Shown here in pieces: positions 8,714 through 16,736 of a stretch of DNA of 32,000 bases. How positions within the stretch are numbered: the first letter of the stretch is position 1; every line of letters begins with the position of its first letter. This DNA is from Microcystis aeruginosa NIES-2549. GTDB lineage: Bacteria; Cyanobacteriota; Cyanobacteriia; Cyanobacteriales; Microcystaceae. A program made the position numbers and the translations under genes. The notes beneath the pieces are model-generated. The model had not been told where the DNA came from. It ran no database searches and saw nothing but the letters and a program-made list of their open reading frames with translations. The stretch is from positions 630,001-662,000 of the forward strand of contig NZ_CP011304.1 in assembly GCF_000981785.2 (NCBI RefSeq), in the 5' to 3' direction.

Positions 8714-10041
8714 AATATCCGCTTAGAACTGACTATGAAACAGTCGTAAAATACCCTGATAGATTTATATACGATGGTATTTTACAACAAGGAAAGCCTG
8801 TTAAGCAAAAGCAAAATCAGAACTTTTTACTGTCTCATAATGGCGGAAAAGCCGTTGTTTATGAAATTCAAACTAATCCTAAAAAATATGCCCTTAAATG
8901 TTGGATAGAAGATTTAGGGGATCTAAAAATTCGTTATAAGGCGATTGATGCCTATCTTAAAACAGTTCAACTTCCTTATTTTGTTGATTTTGCTTACCAA
9001 GAACAAGGAATTTTAGTCAATGGACAAAGATTTCCCATTATTAGAATGGAATGGGTTGATGGTATTAGCTTTAAAGACTTTATATCTAGTAATATTAATA
9101 ACCCGACTTCTATCCGTAACTTTGCCGAAAAATTCTTAGAAATGGTTAAAATTCTTCATCAAAATAATATTTCTCATGGAGACTTACAACACGGTAATAT
9201 TATAGTGCGTAAAAATGGTGATCTATGTTTAATTGACTATGATAGTTTATATGTTCCTCAATTAAGCAACGCAACCGACAATATTAAAGGACTCCCTGGT
9301 TATCAACATCCTAACAGAAATAAGTTATCTAAATTAAGTCCAAAAGCTGACTATTTCTCAGAAATGGTAATTTATTTATCATTGCTTGTTTTATCAGAAA
9401 ATCCCAACTATTGGCAACAAATACAACAAGAAGAAAGGCTACTATTTTCCGAAAAAGACCTAATTAAACCTAATTCATCCAAGATTTTCAAAGAACTTAA
9501 AAATCTTTCTCCTGAGATTGTGTATTTTACCCAAGAATTAGAGAAATTTTGTCAACAATCAAATATTGAAAACCTACAAACTCTTGAAAATTTAGTCAAC
9601 AATTACACAGGAGTTAAATGGAGTTTTGTGCCTCCTACTAACCCTATTCCAATCGTTACTTCACCTGTTCCTGTAGTTAATAATCCTACTAATTGGGGTT
9701 TTACATCTAATAATTCTACTCCATCCCCATACCCTCCTCCCTCAAGTCAAGGATGGACTTTCTCCCCTAACGGAGTTCAAACTCAAACCAGTCCAAAAAA
9801 TACAACATCTTCAGATCCCTGGACAAAACTTGAAACCAATTCATCAAGTGCTTGGGATAAATTTGACACGGGTAAAACACCACCTCCAACAGATTGGGAT
9901 AAACTCCATCAACAACCTCGAAAAGAAGCACCAGTACCTATTCCAGATGAAAACATTTGGGATAAATTTGATAATATTTGGAAGAAACTTACAACATCTG
10001 TATCATCTATTTGGAACAAAATTTTGAACTGGTTTAATTAG
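8710..10041 (+). CDS. protein-kinase-like (Ser/Thr kinase fold) protein with Pro-rich, Trp-repeat C-terminal tail
   Basis: Kinase hallmarks: YALKCW (beta3 Lys), catalytic loop HGDLQHGNIIV and DFG-equivalent LIDYDSL. The ATG overlaps the phosphatase stop (ATGA at 8710-8713). The last ~140 aa are low complexity. Confidence 0.8.
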   Translation: MKYPLRTDYETVVKYPDRFIYDGILQQGKPVKQKQNQNFLLSHNGGKAVVYEIQTNPKKYALKCWIEDLGDLKIRYKAIDAYLKTVQLPYFVDFAYQEQGILVNGQRFPIIRMEWVDGISFKDFISSNINNPTSIRNFAEKFLEMVKILHQNNISHGDLQHGNIIVRKNGDLCLIDYDSLYVPQLSNATDNIKGLPGYQHPNRNKLSKLSPKADYFSEMVIYLSLLVLSENPNYWQQIQQEERLLFSEKDLIKPNSSKIFKELKNLSPEIVYFTQELEKFCQQSNIENLQTLENLVNNYTGVKWSFVPPTNPIPIVTSPVPVVNNPTNWGFTSNNSTPSPYPPPSSQGWTFSPNGVQTQTSPKNTTSSDPWTKLETNSSSAWDKFDTGKTPPPTDWDKLHQQPRKEAPVPIPDENIWDKFDNIWKKLTTSVSSIWNKILNWFN

Positions 10042-10067
10042 CTATCTGATTATTCTGTGCAGTTCTC

Positions 10068-10490
10068 CTATCCTAAAATCAACTCCATTGCTTGATTAAT
10101 AATTCGATTTTTATCAACCATAGCTTCAATTTCTTCGGGTTTATATATACCTTCAAAAGCTTCTAATGCCCCTTGTCTTAAAGCCGAAGAATAAGCATCA
10201 TCTAAGGTTTCTTTTAATTCTTCTATTGTTAGATAATTTCCTCCAGTTTTACGTCGTTTATTAATGCGTTGAATCTGTCTAACAGAATTAGAAATAGAGG
10301 TTTCCCATGAGCGGGTACTGCGTTTTTCTGCTTGCTGTTTAATCAGATGTAATAGAACAATAATACTAAAGCTAAAAATCTTATTGAGCTTATCATCCTT
10401 GCTCATTTCTGTCATTTCCTCTACCAGGAGCAAGGCATCGGGAATATTTCCTACCAAAAGTAAATCCTTTAATTCTAACAATTCTTCCAT
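10068..10490 (-). CDS. DUF29-like helical protein
   Basis: 140 aa. The segment EMTEMSKDDKLNKIFSFSIIVLLHLIKQQAEKRSTRSWETSISNSVRQI follows the DUF29 pattern (E.G...R......L.VLL.HLLKW.YQP..RS.SW..TI...R). Family recalled from memory. Confidence 0.5.
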   Translation of the reverse strand: MEELLELKDLLLVGNIPDALLLVEEMTEMSKDDKLNKIFSFSIIVLLHLIKQQAEKRSTRSWETSISNSVRQIQRINKRRKTGGNYLTIEELKETLDDAYSSALRQGALEAFEGIYKPEEIEAMVDKNRIINQAMELILG

Positions 10491-10544
10491 ATTGCCCCTA
10501 TTATCAATTCAGTCGTTTTTTGAACCAAGCCAGATATAATTAAT

Positions 10545-11483
10545 TTATTCAGAGATGAATCGTCTGATTAAATCTTCCCGTGAAGACTCCAATAATAAAC
10601 GACTAGACTCCATCGGTGATAACTTAAGCAACTCATCAATGACTTTTATTAAAGACTCATCCAATTCTCCAAACCTCACTTGCATTAAATTTTCAATAAT
10701 TTGTCGTTGTCCTTGTTGAAGTCCTTGTTGAAGTCCTTCTTGTTTGGTCGCCTCTTTCCACTCTAAATAAGATTGAGATAAAGCCATAAATACCTCCCTA
10801 TCTTCTGATTCTAAAAGATTGTTAACTTCAACACTCACACGCCAACTAATCAATAATTCCATGACATTTTGACGGAAGGAATCGCCGGAAGGCAACTCAA
10901 GCAACTCTCTTACCGCCTGGCTTTGGGTTTTCCCCCGTCCCAACAATCTTAACAGTAAAGTGTCTGGGGTAATAGGTAACTGATTAATCGCTATAATTGC
11001 CGTTCGGTGAGAAGGAGATAAAAAATAAATCCCTTCTGTCCAGTTTTCCAGTTCTAACTTAGCATCAAAACTCTCTAGTATCTGGAAACTAATAGAAGTA
11101 GCCAAAATCCATAATCTAGGTAAGTCATCCTCATTTAACTCAGTTTTTTCCCGTTTCCCTTTCCGTTGAAGTTCAGCAAAAATCGAAAACAGTTTTAAGA
11201 TACAGTTGCGAATTTCCGTTCGATTGGGAGCATTGCGAAAAGGCTCAAGCAAAGTGCTTGTGGTCACCATTTGCCCTAAAAGACCCAAAAATTGAGCATT
11301 TCCCCGCATATTAGAGTCAGGAGAGAAGAAAACATCCACCTGACGGGTTTCATCCGCCACTTCCTTGCTAACTTCCACCCTTCCCAGAGGAGACAGCAAT
11401 TCTTCTAGGTATTGTTTGGCAAATTGATCGTGAGGTTGTCGAGTCATATCTTCAATCTTAGACCAGAAAAGACCCAACCGCAC
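10545..11483 (-). CDS. PD-(D/E)XK / Rpn(YhgA)-related putative nuclease with DUF4351-like C-terminus
   Basis: N-terminus ...MTRQPHDQFAKQYLEELLSPLGRVEVSKEVADETRQVDVFFSP...LLEPFRNAP matches an abundant cyanobacterial family annotated this way. The track start at 11483 is GTG; the ATG at 11447 (MTRQPHDQ) is the likely start. Confidence 0.55.
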   Translation of the reverse strand: MRLGLFWSKIEDMTRQPHDQFAKQYLEELLSPLGRVEVSKEVADETRQVDVFFSPDSNMRGNAQFLGLLGQMVTTSTLLEPFRNAPNRTEIRNCILKLFSIFAELQRKGKREKTELNEDDLPRLWILATSISFQILESFDAKLELENWTEGIYFLSPSHRTAIIAINQLPITPDTLLLRLLGRGKTQSQAVRELLELPSGDSFRQNVMELLISWRVSVEVNNLLESEDREVFMALSQSYLEWKEATKQEGLQQGLQQGQRQIIENLMQVRFGELDESLIKVIDELLKLSPMESSRLLLESSREDLIRRFISE

Positions 11484-11542
11484 CCGACCCGTTTCATAAC
11501 GTCAGCTTATCAATGGCATAAGTAACAATATCGTCAAACCCC

Positions 11543-11571
11543 TTTACAAACCGATACAAACTCTCTAAGAT
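11543..11571 (+). promoter_or_regulatory. psbA copy 2 promoter with HLR1-type repeat (second half-site degenerate)
   Basis: TTTACAAA-CC-GATACAAA (11543-11560; GTTACA in copy 1 is GATACA here), then TAAGAT as the -10 at 11566-11571. Confidence 0.55.
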
Positions 11572-11624
11572 AGAGACATCATCAATCAATCGTACCTCGA
11601 TAACTTAATAGGAATCATAAACCA

Positions 11625-12707
11625 ATGACCACCACTCTACAACAGCGCGAGAGCGCTTCCCTGTGGGAGCAGTTCTGCCAGTGGATCACCAGCACCAACA
11701 ACCGTCTTTATGTCGGCTGGTTCGGTGTGATCATGATCCCCACCCTGCTCACCGCCACCACCTGCTTCATCATCGCCTTTATCGCCGCTCCTCCTGTAGA
11801 TATCGACGGTATCCGCGAGCCTGTAGCTGGTTCTCTACTCTACGGAAACAACATCATCTCTGGTGCGGTTGTTCCCTCTTCCAACGCGATTGGACTCCAC
11901 TTCTACCCCATCTGGGAAGCTGCTTCCTTAGATGAGTGGTTATACAACGGTGGTCCCTACCAGTTAGTCATTTTCCATTTCTTACTAGGTGTCTTCTGCT
12001 ACCTCGGTCGTCAGTGGGAACTGTCTTTCCGTTTAGGAATGCGTCCTTGGATCTGTGTGGCTTACTCTGCACCTGTATCCGCCGCTACTGCTGTATTCTT
12101 AATCTATCCCATCGGACAAGGTTCTTTCTCTGATGGTATGCCTTTAGGAATCTCTGGAACCTTCAACTTTATGTTCGTGTTCCAAGCAGAACATAACATT
12201 CTGATGCACCCCTTCCATATGTTAGGTGTGGCTGGTGTGTTCGGCGGTTCTCTGTTCTCCGCGATGCACGGTTCGTTAGTAACTTCTTCCTTAGTGCGTG
12301 AAACCACTGAAATCGAATCTCAGAACTACGGTTACAAATTCGGTCAAGAGGAAGAAACCTACAATATCGTTGCCGCTCACGGTTACTTCGGACGTTTAAT
12401 CTTCCAATACGCTTCTTTCAACAATAGCCGCTCTCTGCACTTCTTCTTAGGTGCTTGGCCGGTAATCGGTATCTGGTTTACGGCAATGGGTGTTAGCACC
12501 ATGGCGTTCAACCTCAACGGTTTCAACTTCAACCAGTCGATTCTCGATTCTCAAGGTCGTGTAATCGGTACTTGGGCCGATGTGTTAAACCGCGCTGGTA
12601 TCGGTATGGAAGTAATGCACGAGCGCAACGCTCACAACTTCCCCTTAGACTTAGCTAGTGGTGAACAGGCTCCCGTAGCTCTGATTGCTCCCTCTATCAA
12701 TGGTTAA
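11625..12707 (+). CDS. psbA: photosystem II D1 protein, copy 2
   Basis: 360-aa ORF identical to copy 1 through residue 353. It differs only at T354I and A357S, both inside the CtpA-cleaved C-terminal extension. Confidence 0.98.
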   Translation: MTTTLQQRESASLWEQFCQWITSTNNRLYVGWFGVIMIPTLLTATTCFIIAFIAAPPVDIDGIREPVAGSLLYGNNIISGAVVPSSNAIGLHFYPIWEAASLDEWLYNGGPYQLVIFHFLLGVFCYLGRQWELSFRLGMRPWICVAYSAPVSAATAVFLIYPIGQGSFSDGMPLGISGTFNFMFVFQAEHNILMHPFHMLGVAGVFGGSLFSAMHGSLVTSSLVRETTEIESQNYGYKFGQEEETYNIVAAHGYFGRLIFQYASFNNSRSLHFFLGAWPVIGIWFTAMGVSTMAFNLNGFNFNQSILDSQGRVIGTWADVLNRAGIGMEVMHERNAHNFPLDLASGEQAPVALIAPSING

Positions 12708-12727
12708 GTTCTAGTCTGAACGAAAAG

Positions 12728-12753
12728 GCACTCCCGCAAGGGGGTGCTTTTTT
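12728..12753 (+). terminator. psbA copy 2 intrinsic terminator
   Basis: GCACTCCC-GCAA-GGGGGTGC hairpin plus TTTTTT (12748-12753). Confidence 0.75.
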
Positions 12754-12816
12754 GTTGTTAGAATTGGGGAACAATGAAAAACGCTGCAAAATGCTTATTC
12801 TCAAACAATCATCATT

Positions 12817-13404
12817 ATGACCGCTCTCACTGGAAAATATACTCTTAGTCAATATTTTGAGCGGGAAATACAATCCCAAACTCGCCATGAATATCTGGAT
12901 GGAAAAATTATTGCTATGACAGGAGGAACACCGACTCATAATCGCATTATTAGTAATTTATTAGTGGCTTTATATACTGGACTAAAGAATCAACCCTATG
13001 CCGTTTTTGTCACCGATCAGCGTTTATGGATACCTGAGCGTCAAATAGCTACCTATCCTGATATTATGGTGATGCCTGAACCTCTCACTTATCAAGAAGG
13101 ACGCAAAGATACTTTAATTAATCCTGTTTTAATCGCTGAGGTTTTGTCTGCTTCAACGGCAAATTACGACAGAGAAGAAAAGTTTGCCGCTTATCGAACC
13201 ATTGCAACTTTTCAGGAATATTTATTGATTTCTCAGGAAAAATGTTATATTGAACATTTTCAAAAGGAAGGCGCACCGCAAAGCGGATCTCTGCGAGATC
13301 GCTGGTTGTTTACAGCTTATGAATCTGATAGGATAATTCATTTAAACTCTTTGCGGGTTGAGGTGGAGATAGCAGATATTTATAACAAGGTAATCTTTAG
13401 TTAA
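12817..13404 (+). CDS. Uma2-family (DUF820) putative restriction-type endonuclease
   Basis: 195 aa with the family pattern ...HEYLDGKIIAMTGGTPTHNRIISNLL...DQRLWIPE...PDIMVM...PVLIAEVLSAST..YDREEKFAAYRTIATFQEYLLISQE. Confidence 0.8.
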   Translation: MTALTGKYTLSQYFEREIQSQTRHEYLDGKIIAMTGGTPTHNRIISNLLVALYTGLKNQPYAVFVTDQRLWIPERQIATYPDIMVMPEPLTYQEGRKDTLINPVLIAEVLSASTANYDREEKFAAYRTIATFQEYLLISQEKCYIEHFQKEGAPQSGSLRDRWLFTAYESDRIIHLNSLRVEVEIADIYNKVIFS

Positions 13405-13467
13405 AGCTTTAAATTTGAAGCTTTTGTTATCATTAAACTAGACTAATCTTGGTCAGGAGTTAATTTT

Positions 13468-13731
13468 ATGATATCCCCTCAAATTATTGAACTTGAACAA
13501 AAGTTACGAGACTGTTCTCTTGAAGATAAAAAATGGTTATTGGAGCAGTTACACAAGCATTTAGAAGGTTTAAAAGAAAATGTAAATAGAAAACAGGCCA
13601 AAGATTTGATTATGGAAACATTAAATGAGGTTCAAAATATGCCCGATAATTGTTATCATGAAGTTTGGCAAAAATTTGATGACGCTTGTGTGAGAATTTC
13701 AGGAAACTTAGAAGAATCTGATTTACTATGA
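13468..13731 (+). CDS. putative antitoxin of the PIN toxin
   Basis: 87-aa ORF whose stop overlaps the PIN ATG (ATGA at 13728-13731). No recognisable DNA-binding motif by eye. Confidence 0.5.
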   Translation: MISPQIIELEQKLRDCSLEDKKWLLEQLHKHLEGLKENVNRKQAKDLIMETLNEVQNMPDNCYHEVWQKFDDACVRISGNLEESDLL

Positions 13732-14165
13732 TGTTTGCTCAAGATTCACCTCTTGTTATTCTTGATACTTCGGTTTTTCTTTCAGCTTTGTTAAGTAAAA
13801 ATCCTAACAGTGCGCCTTGTCAAATTATTCGTTATTGGCGAGAGGGTAGATTTAAGTTAGTTATTTCTCCTCAATTATTGGAGGAATTGGTTGAAAAACT
13901 ATTACTGAAAAATATTGACAGAAATTATATTAAGGAGATTTTAACGGCTATTTTTTATACTGCTATCAAAATTCAAGGCATTTATCAAGCAACGCTACTC
14001 GATCAGGTTGATCCAAATGATAATAGGTTTTTGGCAGCCGCTTACGAAATAGGTGCTGATTATCTAGTTTCTTTAGATAAAAAAAACATTTTACCGCTAA
14101 AGCATTATCATCATACACAAATTTTATACCCAAATTTATTCTTACAAGTCTTACAAAATAGTTAA
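13728..14165 (+). CDS. PIN-domain toxin (putative toxin-antitoxin system toxin component, PIN family)
   Basis: 145 aa: VILDTSVFLSALLS (first acidic residue), QLLEELVEKL and DPNDNRFLAAAYEIGADYLVSLDKKNI (C-terminal acidic residues). Confidence 0.8.
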   Translation: MMFAQDSPLVILDTSVFLSALLSKNPNSAPCQIIRYWREGRFKLVISPQLLEELVEKLLLKNIDRNYIKEILTAIFYTAIKIQGIYQATLLDQVDPNDNRFLAAAYEIGADYLVSLDKKNILPLKHYHHTQILYPNLFLQVLQNS

Positions 14166-14205
14166 AGGTAAAAAGGCGATCGCATCTATTTGTCAAGAGA
14201 TAATC

Positions 14206-14415
14206 CTAATCGTTAGTATTTCTTTTAAGATAGGATTTAAACACAAGATTAATTGGAAAATAGGACGAGGTTTCTGATTGTAATTTATCCAGTAAACAGC
14301 GTCTCATCAACGACTGAATAGTTGCCCAAAATTCAGAAGTATATAAGTCAAGATTAGCAGTTTTGGGAAACTTTTCTGCTGATTTCTTTACCCTCTGATT
14401 GTACTTGATTGTCAT
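14206..14415 (-). pseudogene. 3'-terminal relic of a second copy of the HTH/NB-ARC STAND gene
   Basis: 14206-14377 aligns base for base (172 nt, a handful of mismatches) with 4657-4828. The encoded EKFPKTANLDLYTSEFWATIQSLMRRCLLDKLQSETSSYFPINLVFKSYLKRNTND matches the last 56 aa of the 454-aa protein with 5 differences. Upstream of 14377 homology is lost, and the remaining ORF residues are unrelated. Confidence 0.75.
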
Positions 14416-14495
14416 GAAAAGTGCTGTATCTTAATTCTATATCCCCCAGAGTCCCAGAAGAGGGATAAGCATAATCATCTCACTCTCGTTAAAAA

Positions 14496-16733
14496 TCACT
14501 GATTACTGTTGACTAACTCCTGCTTAATCACTCTAGAATTTTGATAGGCAAGGGGTAAAGTAAACCAAAATTGTGAGCCAACCCGCGGGGTACTTTTTAC
14601 CCCAATTCTGCCGGAGTGAGCCTCGATAATTTGACGACATTGGTAGGAACCTAAACCAATTCCCGTTAGGTGTTGATTATGAAGATTTCTTACATATAAA
14701 TGGAAAAGATGTTGACATTGTTCCTCATCCATGCCAATGCCATTATCGCTTAAAGTGCAGTAGAGCATATCTTGGTCAATACGAGCATCTAAAGCTAATT
14801 GAATCGGTGAAGGATTATGTTTTAAGGCATTATTTAATAATTGTTCAAAAACACTTCTTAGCTGACAAGGATCGGCATCAATAGCGGGTAAGTTATCGGG
14901 GAGAAGATTAATAAAAGTAGCTTGATATAAATCAAAATCTTTTTGCCAATCTTTGAGCCAAATTTCCACCTGTTCTTTTAAAGATAGAGGTTGACGATGT
15001 AAGATTAAAGGTCGTTCTTCAGCAAAATGATTTTCCGATAAAGCATTAATTAAAGTTAGTTGTCGATCGCAACTACGCACCACCTGATCGAGCATTGCTC
15101 GTGAGATAGTTACTTTTTCTGTTTGCCGACACTGTAAATTTTTTAATAACATCACTAATCCCATAATCGAAGTGCGAAGATCGTGGGATACTGCCTGCAA
15201 AAAAACCGTTTTCATTTCGTATAAACGCTGAATTTCCCAGACTTTTTCCCGCAGTTCCATGGTTCTGGCTGCCACTTCCCGTTCTAAATTATTATTCAAG
15301 CTTTGCACCCTCTGATATAGTTGCGCTTGGCCGATAGCGATACAAACTTGGGTGGCTAACTGTTCTAATAATTTGACCTCGCTTTTTTGCCAATGACGGG
15401 GATGGGAATATTGATGGACAACTAAAGCACCTAAATGTTGATTATTAACCGTTAGAGGTAAAACTAAAGAGGATTTAACTTGCAGGTATTCGTAATAACC
15501 CTTGAGAGTGGGCAGAGTTTGCACCTTAGCGGTATTATCGGCAATAATTAACTTATCTAAAGAAAATAATTGTCCCAATTCTTCCAGTAATTCTGGTTCG
15601 GGAAACCAACCCATCAGCGAGGGAATCTGGGGACGACGGGACTCGGCGATTACCTTAGACCAACCCCCTTCTTGACAGTGGCCGATATAGACTTGATCGG
15701 CATCGAGAAAATTTCTGATTTCCTCAACAATGGTATTCAAAACTTGATCTATATCTAAAGATTGATGGACTTTTAAAGCAACTTGTGTTAGTAAATGTTC
15801 TCGTTCTAAAGTTTCATTTAAAGCTCGATCGATCTGTTGTCTTTCGCTAATCGCCGCCGATAAAAACAGAGAAGTTGACATGACAATGACTAAAAAGATT
15901 TGTAAGATCAGGACACCTCTGGTATAATCGGGAGCCTGTAGGATAAAAGGGCTGATTCCCCCAGCCAATCCCATCAAAGCTAAAATAGATACTAAAAAAT
16001 TGGCTATTACCGCTCCCCAGGTCTGAAAACGCATAGCAGCCCAAACCACAAAGGGAAAAGGGAGATATTCGAGGTACTGCACCATACTCCAATCGGGGTT
16101 AAGAAAATTCTGTTGACCACCAAAAACCACGGAAGTCACCACCGTTAGCAAACTCAGACAAAGTAAGGCCTCGCCAAGGCGTTGGGGTTGCTGGGGTTCC
16201 CGCAGAGAGTGACGATGGAAGCAAAAACGCAACAGCAGCGGCGTGGTCATTAAGATCCCCGTACTATCTCCGAGCCAGATAATGCCCCAAGACTGTCCAA
16301 ATTGCCGCCAATCCCAAGTATTTAGCCAACTACGGGCAAAAGTATCGATAGTGGCATTAACTGCCGAGGCCAATAAGGCCGCTAAAAATACCAGTAAAAG
16401 GATATCGCGAATGCGCTGTAAAGTGGCGGAAAATCTCAGATAATGCAAGAATTGCGCCCCTAACAGGGCCGATAAACTGCTGCCGAGTGCTGAAAATAGA
16501 GCTATGGGCCAACTAGCCCCTAAAAAGAAGGTAAGAAGCAAATCCCCGATAAAAACGCCTAAAACTAGCCTTTTTCCCCCTAAAAAAACAGCAGTCAAGC
16601 CAATACCGGCACTCATCCAAATTGGGGCAGGTCGCGACCCTAAATTTAAGCAGAGATAGCCTAGCCAACCAACACCCAGATAAACTAGGGCAACAAGCAC
16701 AATTTTAGAGCGATCTGATGAAATCCGTAGCAT
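14496..16733 (-). CDS. sensor histidine kinase (multi-pass membrane MASE1-like N-terminus, GAF, HisKA, HATPase_c)
   Basis: 745 aa. About 300 aa of hydrophobic helices, then a GAF-like region (DIDQVLNTIVEEIRNFLDADQVYI...), H-box AVSHDLRTS, N-box LLNNALKHN, and G-boxes SDNGIGM and GIGLGS. Confidence 0.9.
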   Translation of the reverse strand: MLRISSDRSKIVLVALVYLGVGWLGYLCLNLGSRPAPIWMSAGIGLTAVFLGGKRLVLGVFIGDLLLTFFLGASWPIALFSALGSSLSALLGAQFLHYLRFSATLQRIRDILLLVFLAALLASAVNATIDTFARSWLNTWDWRQFGQSWGIIWLGDSTGILMTTPLLLRFCFHRHSLREPQQPQRLGEALLCLSLLTVVTSVVFGGQQNFLNPDWSMVQYLEYLPFPFVVWAAMRFQTWGAVIANFLVSILALMGLAGGISPFILQAPDYTRGVLILQIFLVIVMSTSLFLSAAISERQQIDRALNETLEREHLLTQVALKVHQSLDIDQVLNTIVEEIRNFLDADQVYIGHCQEGGWSKVIAESRRPQIPSLMGWFPEPELLEELGQLFSLDKLIIADNTAKVQTLPTLKGYYEYLQVKSSLVLPLTVNNQHLGALVVHQYSHPRHWQKSEVKLLEQLATQVCIAIGQAQLYQRVQSLNNNLEREVAARTMELREKVWEIQRLYEMKTVFLQAVSHDLRTSIMGLVMLLKNLQCRQTEKVTISRAMLDQVVRSCDRQLTLINALSENHFAEERPLILHRQPLSLKEQVEIWLKDWQKDFDLYQATFINLLPDNLPAIDADPCQLRSVFEQLLNNALKHNPSPIQLALDARIDQDMLYCTLSDNGIGMDEEQCQHLFHLYVRNLHNQHLTGIGLGSYQCRQIIEAHSGRIGVKSTPRVGSQFWFTLPLAYQNSRVIKQELVNSNQ

Positions 16734-16736
16734 TTT

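Larger units (their letters stand above)
11533..12764 (+). repeat. psbA-containing direct repeat, copy 2 (partner 2197-3428)
   Basis: Same 1232-bp unit as copy 1. Homology starts at GTCAAACCCCTTTACAAACC and ends at ...TTTTTTGTTGTTAGAAT. Confidence 0.95.

Noticed and set aside
2197-12764. Possibility that the duplicated psbA is an assembly or collapse artefact
   Set aside because: The copies differ at multiple synonymous sites, at two extension codons and at one promoter base, and have different flanks. They are genuine paralogs.
12697-12939. 80-aa minus-strand ORF spanning the psbA copy 2 stop/terminator and the Uma2 start
   Set aside because: It runs antisense across a terminator hairpin and two well-supported genes, so it is most likely spurious.
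13966-14196. 76-aa minus-strand ORF overlapping the PIN toxin 3' end
   Set aside because: It is antisense to a PIN gene with clear motifs, and no independent support was found.
15847-16443. ORFs 15847-16092(-) and 16243-16443(+) inside the histidine kinase gene
   Set aside because: They are embedded in the membrane-domain coding region of a well-supported 745-aa kinase.
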